64,000 bases of DNA from the NCBI GenBank assembly GCA_963810925.1, contig CAWEPF010000008.1, positions 249,994 to 313,993 of the forward strand, in the 5' to 3' direction. Origin of the DNA: an uncultured Chloroflexia bacterium. GTDB taxonomy: Bacteria; Chloroflexota; Limnocylindria; QHBO01. Position numbers and translations under genes: made by a program. The notes below the pieces were generated by a model. That model was not told the DNA's origin, did no database searches, and saw nothing but the letters and a program-made list of their open reading frames with translations. This document shows, one piece after another, positions 48,927-57,649 of the stretch; the stretch's first letter is position 1, and each line of letters begins with the position of its first letter.

Positions 48927-49027
48927 GGGGCGGGAAACGGGTTGGCGAGGGTCATGAGTCCCAGCACCACGCCGATGACCGCCAGCCCCACCACGGCCAC
49001 GGCCAGGCCGGCGGCGAGGTCGCGCAC
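48923..49027 (-). CDS. 34-aa single-TM mini-ORF
   Basis: VRDLAAGLAVAVVGLAVIGVVLGLMTLANPFPAP. The GTG overlaps the bcp stop by 1 nt. It could instead be the frame-shifted N-terminus of the next mini-ORF. Confidence 0.2.
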   Translation of the reverse strand: MRDLAAGLAVAVVGLAVIGVVLGLMTLANPFPAP

Positions 49028-49488
49028 TAGGCCAGGACCTCCATCAGCTTGGCCACGTGCTCGGTGGGCTTGACCCGGGGGAAGACGTGCTCGACCCGAC
49101 CGTCGGGACCGATCACGAAGGTCGTGCGCTCAACACCCTTGTAGTTGCGACCCAGATAGGTCTTGTCGACCCAGGTTCCATACGCATCGGCGACCGCGTG
49201 GCCCTCGTCGGCCAGCAGGCGATGGTGAAGGCCGTACTTCTCGCGGAACTTCACGTGGCTGGCCACGCTGTCGGGGGAGATACCGAAGATCTCGGCGTCG
49301 AGGCTCTCGACCCAGTCCCATGAGTCCCGCAGGCTGCAGGCCTGGGCCGTGCAGCCGGCCGTGTCGTCCTTCGGATAGAAGTACAGGACGTAGCGGGTCC
49401 CCTTGAGGCCCTCGGAGCTCACGACGGAGCCGTCATCGGCGGACAGGGTGAAGGCGGGCGCGGGCTCGCCCACAAGGGGGTAGGTCAC
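49027..49488 (-). CDS. bcp: thioredoxin-dependent peroxiredoxin Bcp
   Basis: YFYPKDDTAGCTAQAC active site. GTG at 49488. 153 aa. Confidence 0.85.
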   Translation of the reverse strand: MTYPLVGEPAPAFTLSADDGSVVSSEGLKGTRYVLYFYPKDDTAGCTAQACSLRDSWDWVESLDAEIFGISPDSVASHVKFREKYGLHHRLLADEGHAVADAYGTWVDKTYLGRNYKGVERTTFVIGPDGRVEHVFPRVKPTEHVAKLMEVLA

Positions 49489-49519
49489 GGCTTGGGCATC
49501 GTAGCGCAGGGTGGCCGGG

Positions 49520-50501
49520 TCAGCCGGAGACGCTCGGAGCGCTCTCCAGGGAGAGGAGAACGGTCGGCATGCGTCGCGCCTGAAGGCGGGCGCGCAGGTC
49601 GGAAGCGAGGTCCCGGAAGACCGTCGGTGGTGCCTCGTCGAGGTCGTGGCCGGCTCGGGGGACCAGGAGCGTGGCCGGTGCGCCCCGGTCTCGAAGAATG
49701 GCCGCGAGGAGCTCGGCCTCGGCCGGGTCCACCCAGGCGTCATCCGCGCCGTGTACGACGGTGACCGATCGCTGCTGGAGCGTGGCCAGGGCCCCGGTCT
49801 GGACCCGGAAGAGCTGCTCCCACAGGGCGAGCCCCAGGGTCGGCCGCTCACCTGCCAGCCAGGGGACGGGCATATGGGCCTCGCCGCGGTCCGCGCGTTC
49901 GATGAGCTCCTCCAGGCCACGATCCCAGGCACGGACGAACCGATGATCAGGCTCGTCGCGGGCGCCCTGGCGGCGCCGCGCACGCTCGGCGACCCCCCGA
50001 CGGAGCACGTCGCGCCACCCCCGCGCCGGGGCCCCGATCATGGTCAGCGGGCCCACTGCCGGATCAGCCGCCGCCACGCTCAGGGCCAGCGTCGCGCCCT
50101 CCCCATGACCCACCATGCCGATCCGGGACGCGTCCACCGCGTCGTGCCCGCGGAGCACGGCCAGGGCGTCGCGCGCGTCGTCGATCAGGGTGAACAGGCC
50201 GGCCTCGTCCCACGAGCCGTCCGATCGGCCGCAGCCACGCTTGTCGTATCGCAGGCTGGCCACGCCGTCGTCCGCCAGCGCGGCCGCCAGCCGGGCCAGG
50301 ATGCCCGGGGCAGTCGGGTCAGCCCGGCGCGAACCAGCCGGGATGCTGGACCGTGTCGAAACGGCCGTCGCGGTCGCGGGGTAGCAGGCTGGCGAGGAGC
50401 AGGACGGCGGGCACCCGGCCGGTCGGCTCGTCCGGGAGGGTCAGCGTTCCGGCGAGCGTCGCGCTCCCGGCGGTGATCGACTGTTCCAGATGGCGGGCCA
50501 T
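49520..50501 (-). pseudogene. alpha/beta-hydrolase fold protein, one frame break, nucleophile elbow GHGEG
   Basis: The N-terminal 60 aa are in track ORF 50319-50501 and the rest in 49520-50263 (LRYDKRGCGRSDG, VGHGEGA, RAGHDL). The frame break lies at about 50290-50330. Confidence 0.6.
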
Positions 50502-50526
50502 GCCGGCCGATCATGCCACCCGCTGA

Positions 50527-51312
50527 TCAGCCCAGAAGAAACACGTACGTGCCCAGGGCCACGCTGATCGCAACCGCACCGGCACCCAGGAGCAGGGCGG
50601 CGGCCAGCAGCAGCCAGTCGGGCCGTCGCATGTGCGGCGGTCGGGCCAGTGTGCGCGGAATGCCACTGGCGAATCCGCGGGCATCCATGGCCAAGGCCAT
50701 CCGCGACGCGCGCCGAATGGCCGACACGAGCAGGATCACGAGGGCCCCCAGGGCCAGCCGGGTGGCCACCAGCGGATTCCGTCCCGAATCCACGCCCCGG
50801 GCGCGGCGGGCGAGGGCGATCGTGCGCCACTCGGTGGCGAGGATGGGGGCCAGCCGGAGGGAAGCCAGGGCGCCCACCGCCAGGCGGGGCGGGAATCGCA
50901 GGTGGGCGATCAGGCCCGATGCGAGATCCGCGGGGTCGGTGGTGGCCAGGGCCAGGGTGCTGGCCAGGGCAATGGCCGCGATGCGCAGGCCCAGCGCCAG
51001 GCCCACCCAGGCGCGGCTCGTCGCGTCGCCTCCCGGCGACACCGCAGCGGTCCCAGCGAGCAACGCGTTGAGCACGCCCAGCAGGACGGCGGCCACGACC
51101 AGCGGTCCGAGCAGGCGCGCCAGGTCGCGCGGCCGCATGCCGGCCCCCGGAATGACGAGGGCGATCCCCGCCAGCAGGACGGCCGGCGTCACCGGGTCCC
51201 GCGACAGGAACGCGACGACGGCCACGATCAGGGCCGCTCCCAGCTTGGCCACCGCATCGGCGGTGGGCAGGAAGGCAGTCGGGTCGGCGACGGTGGCGCG
51301 GCGCAGCTGCAT
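50527..51312 (-). CDS. ECF transporter transmembrane (T) component
   Basis: CbiQ/EcfT pattern including ARRARG...R loops. It follows the ATPase gene. Confidence 0.75.
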   Translation of the reverse strand: MQLRRATVADPTAFLPTADAVAKLGAALIVAVVAFLSRDPVTPAVLLAGIALVIPGAGMRPRDLARLLGPLVVAAVLLGVLNALLAGTAAVSPGGDATSRAWVGLALGLRIAAIALASTLALATTDPADLASGLIAHLRFPPRLAVGALASLRLAPILATEWRTIALARRARGVDSGRNPLVATRLALGALVILLVSAIRRASRMALAMDARGFASGIPRTLARPPHMRRPDWLLLAAALLLGAGAVAISVALGTYVFLLG

Positions 51313-51315
51313 CGG

Positions 51316-52790
51316 TCAGGCCTCCGCCGGCAGGCGCAGGGTCCGGTCGGCCAGGGCGCTCACCAGCGCCTGGTCGTGGGTCGCGGTCACGACCGCTCGG
51401 CCCGAGTCGGCCAGCCCGGCCAGCAGGGTCAGCATCTCGTCCCACGTCCCGCGGTCTTGCCCGAAGGTGGGCTCGTCCAGGATCACGACCTGCGGCGCCG
51501 TCGCGAGGGCGGTCGCCACCGAGAGCCGCCGCTGTTCGCCGCCGGACAGGGTGAACGGGTTCGCCTCCCAGACGGCGTCGAGGCGCAGGCGTTCGGCCAG
51601 CTCGGTCGCGCGGCGCCCGGCCTCGACCTCGGAGAGCCCCGATCGAGTGGGTCCCAGGGCCAGCTCGTCGGCCACCCGCCCGGTGAGGAACTGGTGCTCG
51701 GGATCCTGGAAGACCGAACCGATGCGCGTCACGAGCTCCCGCGCCGGCCAGCGCCAGACCACGGCGCCCGCATGACCGGGAGAGAGGGCTTCGCTGGCCG
51801 TCACCTGCCCCGATTCCGGCCGAAGCAGGCCGCCGAGAAGCCGGGCCAGGGTGGACTTGCCCGACCCGTTGGGCCCCACCACGGCCAGCACCTCGCCTCC
51901 GCGGGCCGCCAGGTCGAGCCGCGTGAAGAGGGACTCGCCCGTACCCGGCCGCGAGGCGGACAGCTGCTCCGCCACCAGCAGTGCGTCGGACGGAGGGGCG
52001 ATCAGCGGGCGCGGCGGCCGGTGTCCCTCGTAGCCGGGCGTCCAGATCCCGTGGCGCGTGCAGACCTCTTCGTTGCCCACGAAGACCTCGGAGGGCGTGC
52101 CATCCAGGAGGACGCCACCCCCCGCGGCGAGGACGACGACCCGGCTGACCAGGGGCAGCCACTCCGCCACGCGGTGCTCGACCAGGACCATGGTCGCCTC
52201 CCGCTCCACGAGCACCCGGGCCAGTGTCTCGCGCACCCGCCGTGCCCCGTCGGGGTCGAGGTTGGCCGTGGGTTCGTCGAGCAGGAGCACGTCCGGCTCG
52301 AGGGCCAGCACCCCGGCCAGCACGAGTCGCTGCTGTTCGCCGCCGGAAAGCTGGTCGGTGGGGCGGTTCGGCCCGTACGCCCAGCCCACCGCATCGAGGG
52401 CGGCCCGGACCCGGGGCCAGATGGCATCGGTCGGGACACCGCGGTTCTCCAACCCAAAGGCCACGTCATCGCCGGCGCGGCTCATGATGATCTGGGACTC
52501 CGGATCCTGGAGGACGAGGCCGGTGTGCGCCCGGGCGTCGGCGGGCGACGCCTCCATTGCACCCGCAGGGTGCCCTCGGACTCGCCCGCTCCGCGGTCGT
52601 CGTGCAACCCGGCGAGGCCGGCCAGAAGGGTGGACTTGCCCGATCCGGACGCGCCCAGCAGCAGGACGCGCTCGCCCGCTGCGATCGTCAGGTCGAGGTG
52701 TCGAACCGCCCAGCCCTGGCGGCCGGGGTGCCGCCAGCCCCAGCCGTTGGCCTCGATGGCCGGAGCGCGGGACGGGCCTCCGTTGGTCAG
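51316..52790 (-). pseudogene. duplicated ECF/ABC ATPase (YkoD-like), one frame break, non-canonical start
   Basis: The first Walker A (GASGSGKST) is in track ORF 52482-52979. The rest, in 51316-52557, has two LSGGEQ(Q/R)RL signatures and a second Walker A GPNGSGKST. The frame break lies at about 52556-52566. The only start candidate is CTG at 52790 (CTGA overlap). Confidence 0.75.
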
Positions 52791-53356
52791 GTGGCCGCCT
52801 CCCGGCTGGTGCGACCCGAGGGGAAGGCGTCCAGCACCCCGGTCGGCCGCAGCAGGCGGACGAGGTACCACGATCCCAGGCCGGCGAAGAGGACCCCGCT
52901 GACCAGCATCCAGGCGCCGTACGCCAGCTGGACGGACAGGTCCACCCCCACGAAATAGAAGCTCATGTCGTGGATCCACTCACCGATGGAGGCGCCCGCG
53001 GCTGCCAGGAGGGTCATGGGCAGGGTCCATTGCCGATACAGCGCAAGGGCGAACACGAGCTCGGCCCCGAGCCCCTGCATGAGGCCCGAGGCCAGGGTGT
53101 CGATCCCCCACGCCGAGCCGAGCAGCGCGGACACGGCGGCGGCCATCGTCTCGGCCAGCAATCCGGCGCCCGGCAGGCGGACGATGAGCGGCGCCAGGAC
53201 GGCCGGGATGAGCCACACCCCCGACAGGATGTACAGCGGTGGCGCGAAGGCCGGGGCCGCCACCACGTTGAACAGCAGCCCCCAGGCCCAGAACACGACC
53301 CCAAAGGCCACGCCGATGGCCGCCGTGACCACGATGTCCACCGTCCGCCAGCCCAT
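52787..53356 (-). CDS. ECF transporter substrate-specific (S) component, thiamine/HMP-type (YkoE-like)
   Basis: 189 aa with 6 TM segments, first of the S-A-T gene order, under a TPP riboswitch operon. The ATG overlaps the thiamine kinase stop by 1 nt. Confidence 0.65.
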   Translation of the reverse strand: MGWRTVDIVVTAAIGVAFGVVFWAWGLLFNVVAAPAFAPPLYILSGVWLIPAVLAPLIVRLPGAGLLAETMAAAVSALLGSAWGIDTLASGLMQGLGAELVFALALYRQWTLPMTLLAAAGASIGEWIHDMSFYFVGVDLSVQLAYGAWMLVSGVLFAGLGSWYLVRLLRPTGVLDAFPSGRTSREAAT

Positions 53357-54006
53357 CAGGAAGCGCCTCCTTCGTCGTCGTTGATCTCGATCACCAGCAG
53401 TTGACCCGACTCCACCCACACGCCGGCCCCGATGCTGTCGACCCGATTGGCCAGACCCAGGGTGGATCCGGGCCCGAGGTGCGCGCCTTCCAGGGGCCAG
53501 TGCAGCCCGCTGGTCGTGACCCCGTCGACCGGACCGAGGGGGAGGAGGCTCACCCGAGCGCCGGGGCCTCCGTCCACGGACAAGCGACCGGGACCATGGA
53601 TCACCCGGGCCTGCGTGTGTCGCGCGCTGAGCCGAAGGGTCGCCCCGCTCGTGAGTTGGGTAGCCAGCAGGAGCAGGTTGGCCGCCAGGTGGTCCACCGC
53701 ACCACCGCGCCAGCCGACGACCACGATCTCGTCGGCCCCCTGGGCGAGGGCCCACGACAGGCTCAGCTCCAGGTCCGATGCGTCCTTGTCAACCGGATGC
53801 TGCTCGATCGCCACCCCCGCGGCCCGCAATCGATCCACGACGGCGGGGTCCGCCGAGTCGAGGTCACCGATGAGCCGATCCGGACGGACGCCAATCGCGT
53901 CGAGCCAGTTGGCACCGCTGTCGGCGGCGATGACGAGGTCGGCGCCGGTCAGCGCCTGCTCATCCCCCTGGTCGTGCTCGCCCCCGGCCACGATGACTGC
54001 CTTCAC
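53356..54006 (-). CDS. thiamine diphosphokinase
   Basis: VIAADSGANWL..PDRLIGDLDS...DKDASDLELSL motifs of the TPK catalytic domain plus a C-terminal thiamine-binding domain. GTG start. Confidence 0.8.
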   Translation of the reverse strand: MKAVIVAGGEHDQGDEQALTGADLVIAADSGANWLDAIGVRPDRLIGDLDSADPAVVDRLRAAGVAIEQHPVDKDASDLELSLSWALAQGADEIVVVGWRGGAVDHLAANLLLLATQLTSGATLRLSARHTQARVIHGPGRLSVDGGPGARVSLLPLGPVDGVTTSGLHWPLEGAHLGPGSTLGLANRVDSIGAGVWVESGQLLVIEINDDEGGAS

Positions 54007-54100
54007 GTCGACTCCCTACGCTGGCATAACCCAGGTCAGGTTCGAGGGTCTGCGGATGGCTCCGCACTCTCAGCGCCGAGGCGCTCCCCTGTCGTGCTCC
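54007..54100 (-). promoter_or_regulatory. TPP (THI-box) riboswitch
   Basis: The minus strand reads GGGGAGCGCCTCGGCGCTGAGAGTGCGGAGCCATCCGCAGACCCTCGAACCTGACCTGGGTTATGCCAGCGTAGGGAGTCGACGTG. It contains the conserved CUGAGA, ACCC, GAACCUGA and GGNUAAUGCCAGCG-like elements. Its 3' strand carries the GGGAG Shine-Dalgarno sequence and the GTG start. Confidence 0.85.
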
Positions 54101-54140
54101 CTGTCTCCGGCAGACTAGCACTCGCCGTACCATCGGTCCG

Positions 54141-54623
54141 ATGAGCACGGCAGACGAACGGGTCGCCCAGGCCGCCCGGGACGCGGGACTCGAGATCGAG
54201 GTCAAACGCTTTCCCGAGGGCACCCGGACGGCCGTTGATGCGGCCCGCGCCGTCGGCTGCGAGGTGGCCCAGATCGTCAAGTCGCTGGTGTTCCTCGCCG
54301 ACGGACAGGCGGTGCTCGCCCTCGTCTCCGGGGCGGACCGGGTGGACACCGGTCGGCTCGGTGCCGCGCTGGGCGCGACGCACGTCGACCGCGCCGATGG
54401 CGACACCGCGCGCGAGGCAACCGGCTATGCCATCGGGGGCGTGCCGCCCTTTGGCCACGTCCGCCCGGTGACGGTGGTCATGGACCGCCATCTCCTCGAC
54501 CACGACGTCGTCTGGGCGGCGGCCGGGCGACCCGACGCCGTGTTCTCGATCGCGCCCGAAGACCTTCGGCGGGTGAGTGGCGCCCAACTCGCAGACGTGG
54601 CCGAGGACCGGCCTGCTCCCTGA
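54141..54623 (+). CDS. YbaK/EbsC-type aminoacyl-tRNA editing domain protein
   Basis: VKSLVFL...GYAIGGVPPFGH motif pattern. 160 aa. Confidence 0.8.
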   Translation: MSTADERVAQAARDAGLEIEVKRFPEGTRTAVDAARAVGCEVAQIVKSLVFLADGQAVLALVSGADRVDTGRLGAALGATHVDRADGDTAREATGYAIGGVPPFGHVRPVTVVMDRHLLDHDVVWAAAGRPDAVFSIAPEDLRRVSGAQLADVAEDRPAP

Positions 54624-54641
54624 GCGCCGCGGCACCCACTG

Positions 54642-55631
54642 TTACTGCACCTGGCCCGAGGTCACGAAGATGGGCACGTAGAACCCGCCCAGGCGCCCCC
54701 AGTCGAACCAGACCGTGGGATACGCCTCGAGGTTGAACGCCTCGCTGTATGACCCCGAGGTGGCCGGGGCCCGCAGGCCAAACGTGAACCGTCCAACGCC
54801 GTCCGGCGGAACCGAGGCCGGGTCGAGGTAGGTGGCGATCCACGTCGAGGGCCAGTCGGCGGCGCGGAACCCGCTCGCTCGGCCAGCCGGGTTCGTGGTC
54901 CCGAGCAGGACGCGGTCGCCGGATCCGTCCCGCAGCCAGGTGCGGCCGCCCGTGTTCCGGAAGTCGACCCAATGGGTGATCGTGGTCAGGCGCTTGATGA
55001 CCTCGGTCGACCCGTTGCTCTCCCCCACGTAGCCGGCCAGGTACGCGACCCGGCCTGGCCAGGTGGTCCACAGGCGCCCGGACATGGGATCCACCGACTG
55101 CCAGCCGCCGCTCACCGGCCGCAGGAGCTCGAAGTGGAGGTGCGGCCCGGTGCAGATCCCGCTGCATCCGGACTTCGCGATGACCTGCCCCGCGGCCACC
55201 GATTGGCCCACCGTGACGAGGGCTCCCTGCTGGGCGAGGTGGTAGTAGAGGGTGTCGCGCCCGTCAGCGTGACGCACGCGTACGAAGTTGCCGTAGTCCC
55301 CGTGCTGATTGGTCCCGAATCCCTCCTCGAGTGACACGACCGTTCCGCTGCGAGCCGCGGCGACGAACGTCTGGAGCGGCATGGCGTAGTCCAGCCCGGT
55401 GTGCTGGTCGTACACACGCCCGGCGTGGGCCACGGTGTCGGCCCACAGCTGTCCGGTCCAGTCGAGCTGGTAGCCAACCCGTGAGTCACGGTCCATCCCG
55501 TACCCCAGGCTGAAGCCCGGATTGAGGAAGGGGAGAGTGAAGTCGTCCGCCGCGGCCACCGGACCGCCGGTGAGCAGCACGGCGGCCAGGCTGAGGACCG
55601 ATACGAGGAGCGACCGATGCAGGCGGTTCAT
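54642..55631 (-). CDS. secreted M23 (LytM) metallopeptidase with a C-terminal Ig-like domain
   Basis: Signal peptide. HTGLDYA, GNFVRVRH and GPHLHFEL zinc-site motifs. Confidence 0.8.
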   Translation of the reverse strand: MNRLHRSLLVSVLSLAAVLLTGGPVAAADDFTLPFLNPGFSLGYGMDRDSRVGYQLDWTGQLWADTVAHAGRVYDQHTGLDYAMPLQTFVAAARSGTVVSLEEGFGTNQHGDYGNFVRVRHADGRDTLYYHLAQQGALVTVGQSVAAGQVIAKSGCSGICTGPHLHFELLRPVSGGWQSVDPMSGRLWTTWPGRVAYLAGYVGESNGSTEVIKRLTTITHWVDFRNTGGRTWLRDGSGDRVLLGTTNPAGRASGFRAADWPSTWIATYLDPASVPPDGVGRFTFGLRAPATSGSYSEAFNLEAYPTVWFDWGRLGGFYVPIFVTSGQVQ

Positions 55632-56635
55632 GGCCGGCACCCCCGCCCATCGCCGAGCCAGCACGCAGCCGGCGAGGCCGGTCCCACGACCGCCCCGGAC
55701 AGGTCGAGGATCGTCCCGCCCTGGGCTGCCGAAAGGAGGAGCAGCGTGCCGTCGGGCGAGAAGCGGACGCTGTCGCCCGGTCCGATGTCGCGACCTGACG
55801 TCGCCTGACCGGCGTGCGCCAGATGAATCCGGCCGGCGGCTGCCCAGGCGACCCACCCACCGTCGGTCGAGACGTCGACCCTGGCCACCTGGTCGAGGTC
55901 CAGGATGGATGGGCGGGCCAGGCCGTTCACGGCGGTGATGACCGATATGCCGCCCTCGTCCCGGTGGCGGACGACGGCCGCAGCACCCGCCTCCAGGGGC
56001 AGGGCCTGGTACGTCAATACGGAGCTGCCGCCATCGTCGGCCGTCACCGGCGTCTCGACGCCACGCTCGGCGTCCACGATCACCGCCCGAGCCCAGGTCG
56101 GTGCCTCGACCGACGACAACCGGATGGCGAGGATCTGCCCATCGGGCAGGACGGCGGGCGACGAGCCGAACGGCCCGATCGCGAGCCTGGTGGCCACGTT
56201 GCTGTCGGAGTCGATCCGCCACAGGGCGCCCGCGCCGTCCACCGCCACCAGCCACGATCCATCGCCGGCAAACGCCGCTCCGCGGGCCCCGGGCAGCGCG
56301 ACGTCCGCCTGCGAGCCGTCGGCGTGGCTGATGGTCAGTGGCGCGACCTGGCCACCCGGCTGCTCCGCGAACGCGGCGCGAAGGCCATCCGGCGCGACCG
56401 CAACCACCGGTGCGGCGAAGGCGGTGGCTCCGCGCCTCGGCTCCACCAGGGCGAGGCCGCTCACCTCGCGGATGGGCAGCAACAGGCTCCGGCCGCTGTC
56501 CCGAACGGCCGCCGGGTCCAGCACGGTGACCGGGGGCGGTGGCCCGGCCTGCGCCTGTCCGGAGCAGTCGCTCAGGGCCAGGGCACTGATGGCAAAGGGG
56601 AGGACGAGCAGGGGGAACTTCCGGGTTCGAAGCAC
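55628..56635 (-). CDS. lipoprotein, beta-propeller (TolB-like) candidate
   Basis: GTG at 56635. Lipobox ALALSDC. Repeated DG(S/T)-(W/L)-(L/V) strands. ATGA overlap with the M23 gene. Confidence 0.55.
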   Translation of the reverse strand: MLRTRKFPLLVLPFAISALALSDCSGQAQAGPPPPVTVLDPAAVRDSGRSLLLPIREVSGLALVEPRRGATAFAAPVVAVAPDGLRAAFAEQPGGQVAPLTISHADGSQADVALPGARGAAFAGDGSWLVAVDGAGALWRIDSDSNVATRLAIGPFGSSPAVLPDGQILAIRLSSVEAPTWARAVIVDAERGVETPVTADDGGSSVLTYQALPLEAGAAAVVRHRDEGGISVITAVNGLARPSILDLDQVARVDVSTDGGWVAWAAAGRIHLAHAGQATSGRDIGPGDSVRFSPDGTLLLLSAAQGGTILDLSGAVVGPASPAACWLGDGRGCRP

Positions 56636-56772
56636 GGCAAACCTCCGAGACGACGTGGTGAGACGGGGAGGCAGATCAACGGCGGTCTGGGCGGCGGCAC
56701 GAGTCCTCGAGCAGATGAGAGGGCCAGCCTGATCGGCGTCGCTTACCGTGGACGTACCGCATACTCGCGGCC

Positions 56773-57529
56773 GTGACCGAGCTGGCCGCACCCCTCGCCG
56801 TCGTCGTCGCGGGCGGGCTCGCCGTCGTCGCCGGCGCATGGCTCATCCGTACGAGCGGGGCCCACACCGGCCTGGGGCGACGCCTCGCCGCCGCCCGGAC
56901 GATTCCTCTCGCCGAGCTCCACCAGCTCGCGGCCGCGAACGCCCTCCCCGCCGAACCGATCCGGATCGAGGGGCGGGTGCGCTGCGCGAATCCGATCAAC
57001 ACCCCGGAAGGCGATCGCCTGGCCGTCCTGCACCGCGACGTGGACGTGGCGCTGCCCGACGGACGCTGGCGGACGATCGAGCACTTGCGCGACGCGCGGT
57101 CGGTGGACCTGTGGGAGCGTGCCAGCTCGGTGCGGCTCGACCTGGGCACGGCGGGCGAACCCCTGATCACGATCCCGCACGTGTGGGACGGGACTCCCAG
57201 ACGAGCTCCCGGCCAGCTATCAGCCGGCGATCGAACGCCTGGCCGCCGAGATCGGCGCGCCGACCGCGGCACGGGCCACGACCCGGGAGATCACCCTCGT
57301 GGACCAGTTGACCGTGCTGGCCGTCGCGCGCCGGGACCCTGCCGGGCAGCTGCAGCTCACCCCGCCCGATGGCGGTTTCGTCGTGTCGGCGGTCGATCTC
57401 GACGTCGCCATGCGCCTCCTGGCGGGTCCGCGCCGGCCGCGGATGCTCGGCGGCTATGCCGTTTCGGCGTTGGGCGGAGTCGCCGTGTTCCTGGGCCTCA
57501 TCGGTCTGGTCGTCGCCCTCGTGGGATGA
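56773..57529 (+). pseudogene. membrane protein with N- and C-terminal TM anchors (GIDE-like?), one frame break
   Basis: The N-terminal 140 aa are in track ORF 56773 up to IPHVWDG. The +1 frame then reads LPDELPASYQPAIERLAAEIG...VDQLTVLAV to the stop at 57529. The frame break lies at about 57190-57196. Confidence 0.5.
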
Positions 57530-57649
57530 CGGCGGTACCGGGGGGAGGTACGAACGGGGTATGGAGGCGGCGACTTGCCGTTTCTAGCATGGGCCACACG
57601 CCGCCTACCAGATCCTCCAGTGGGGTCGGGCGGTCCGAATCGGTGAACG

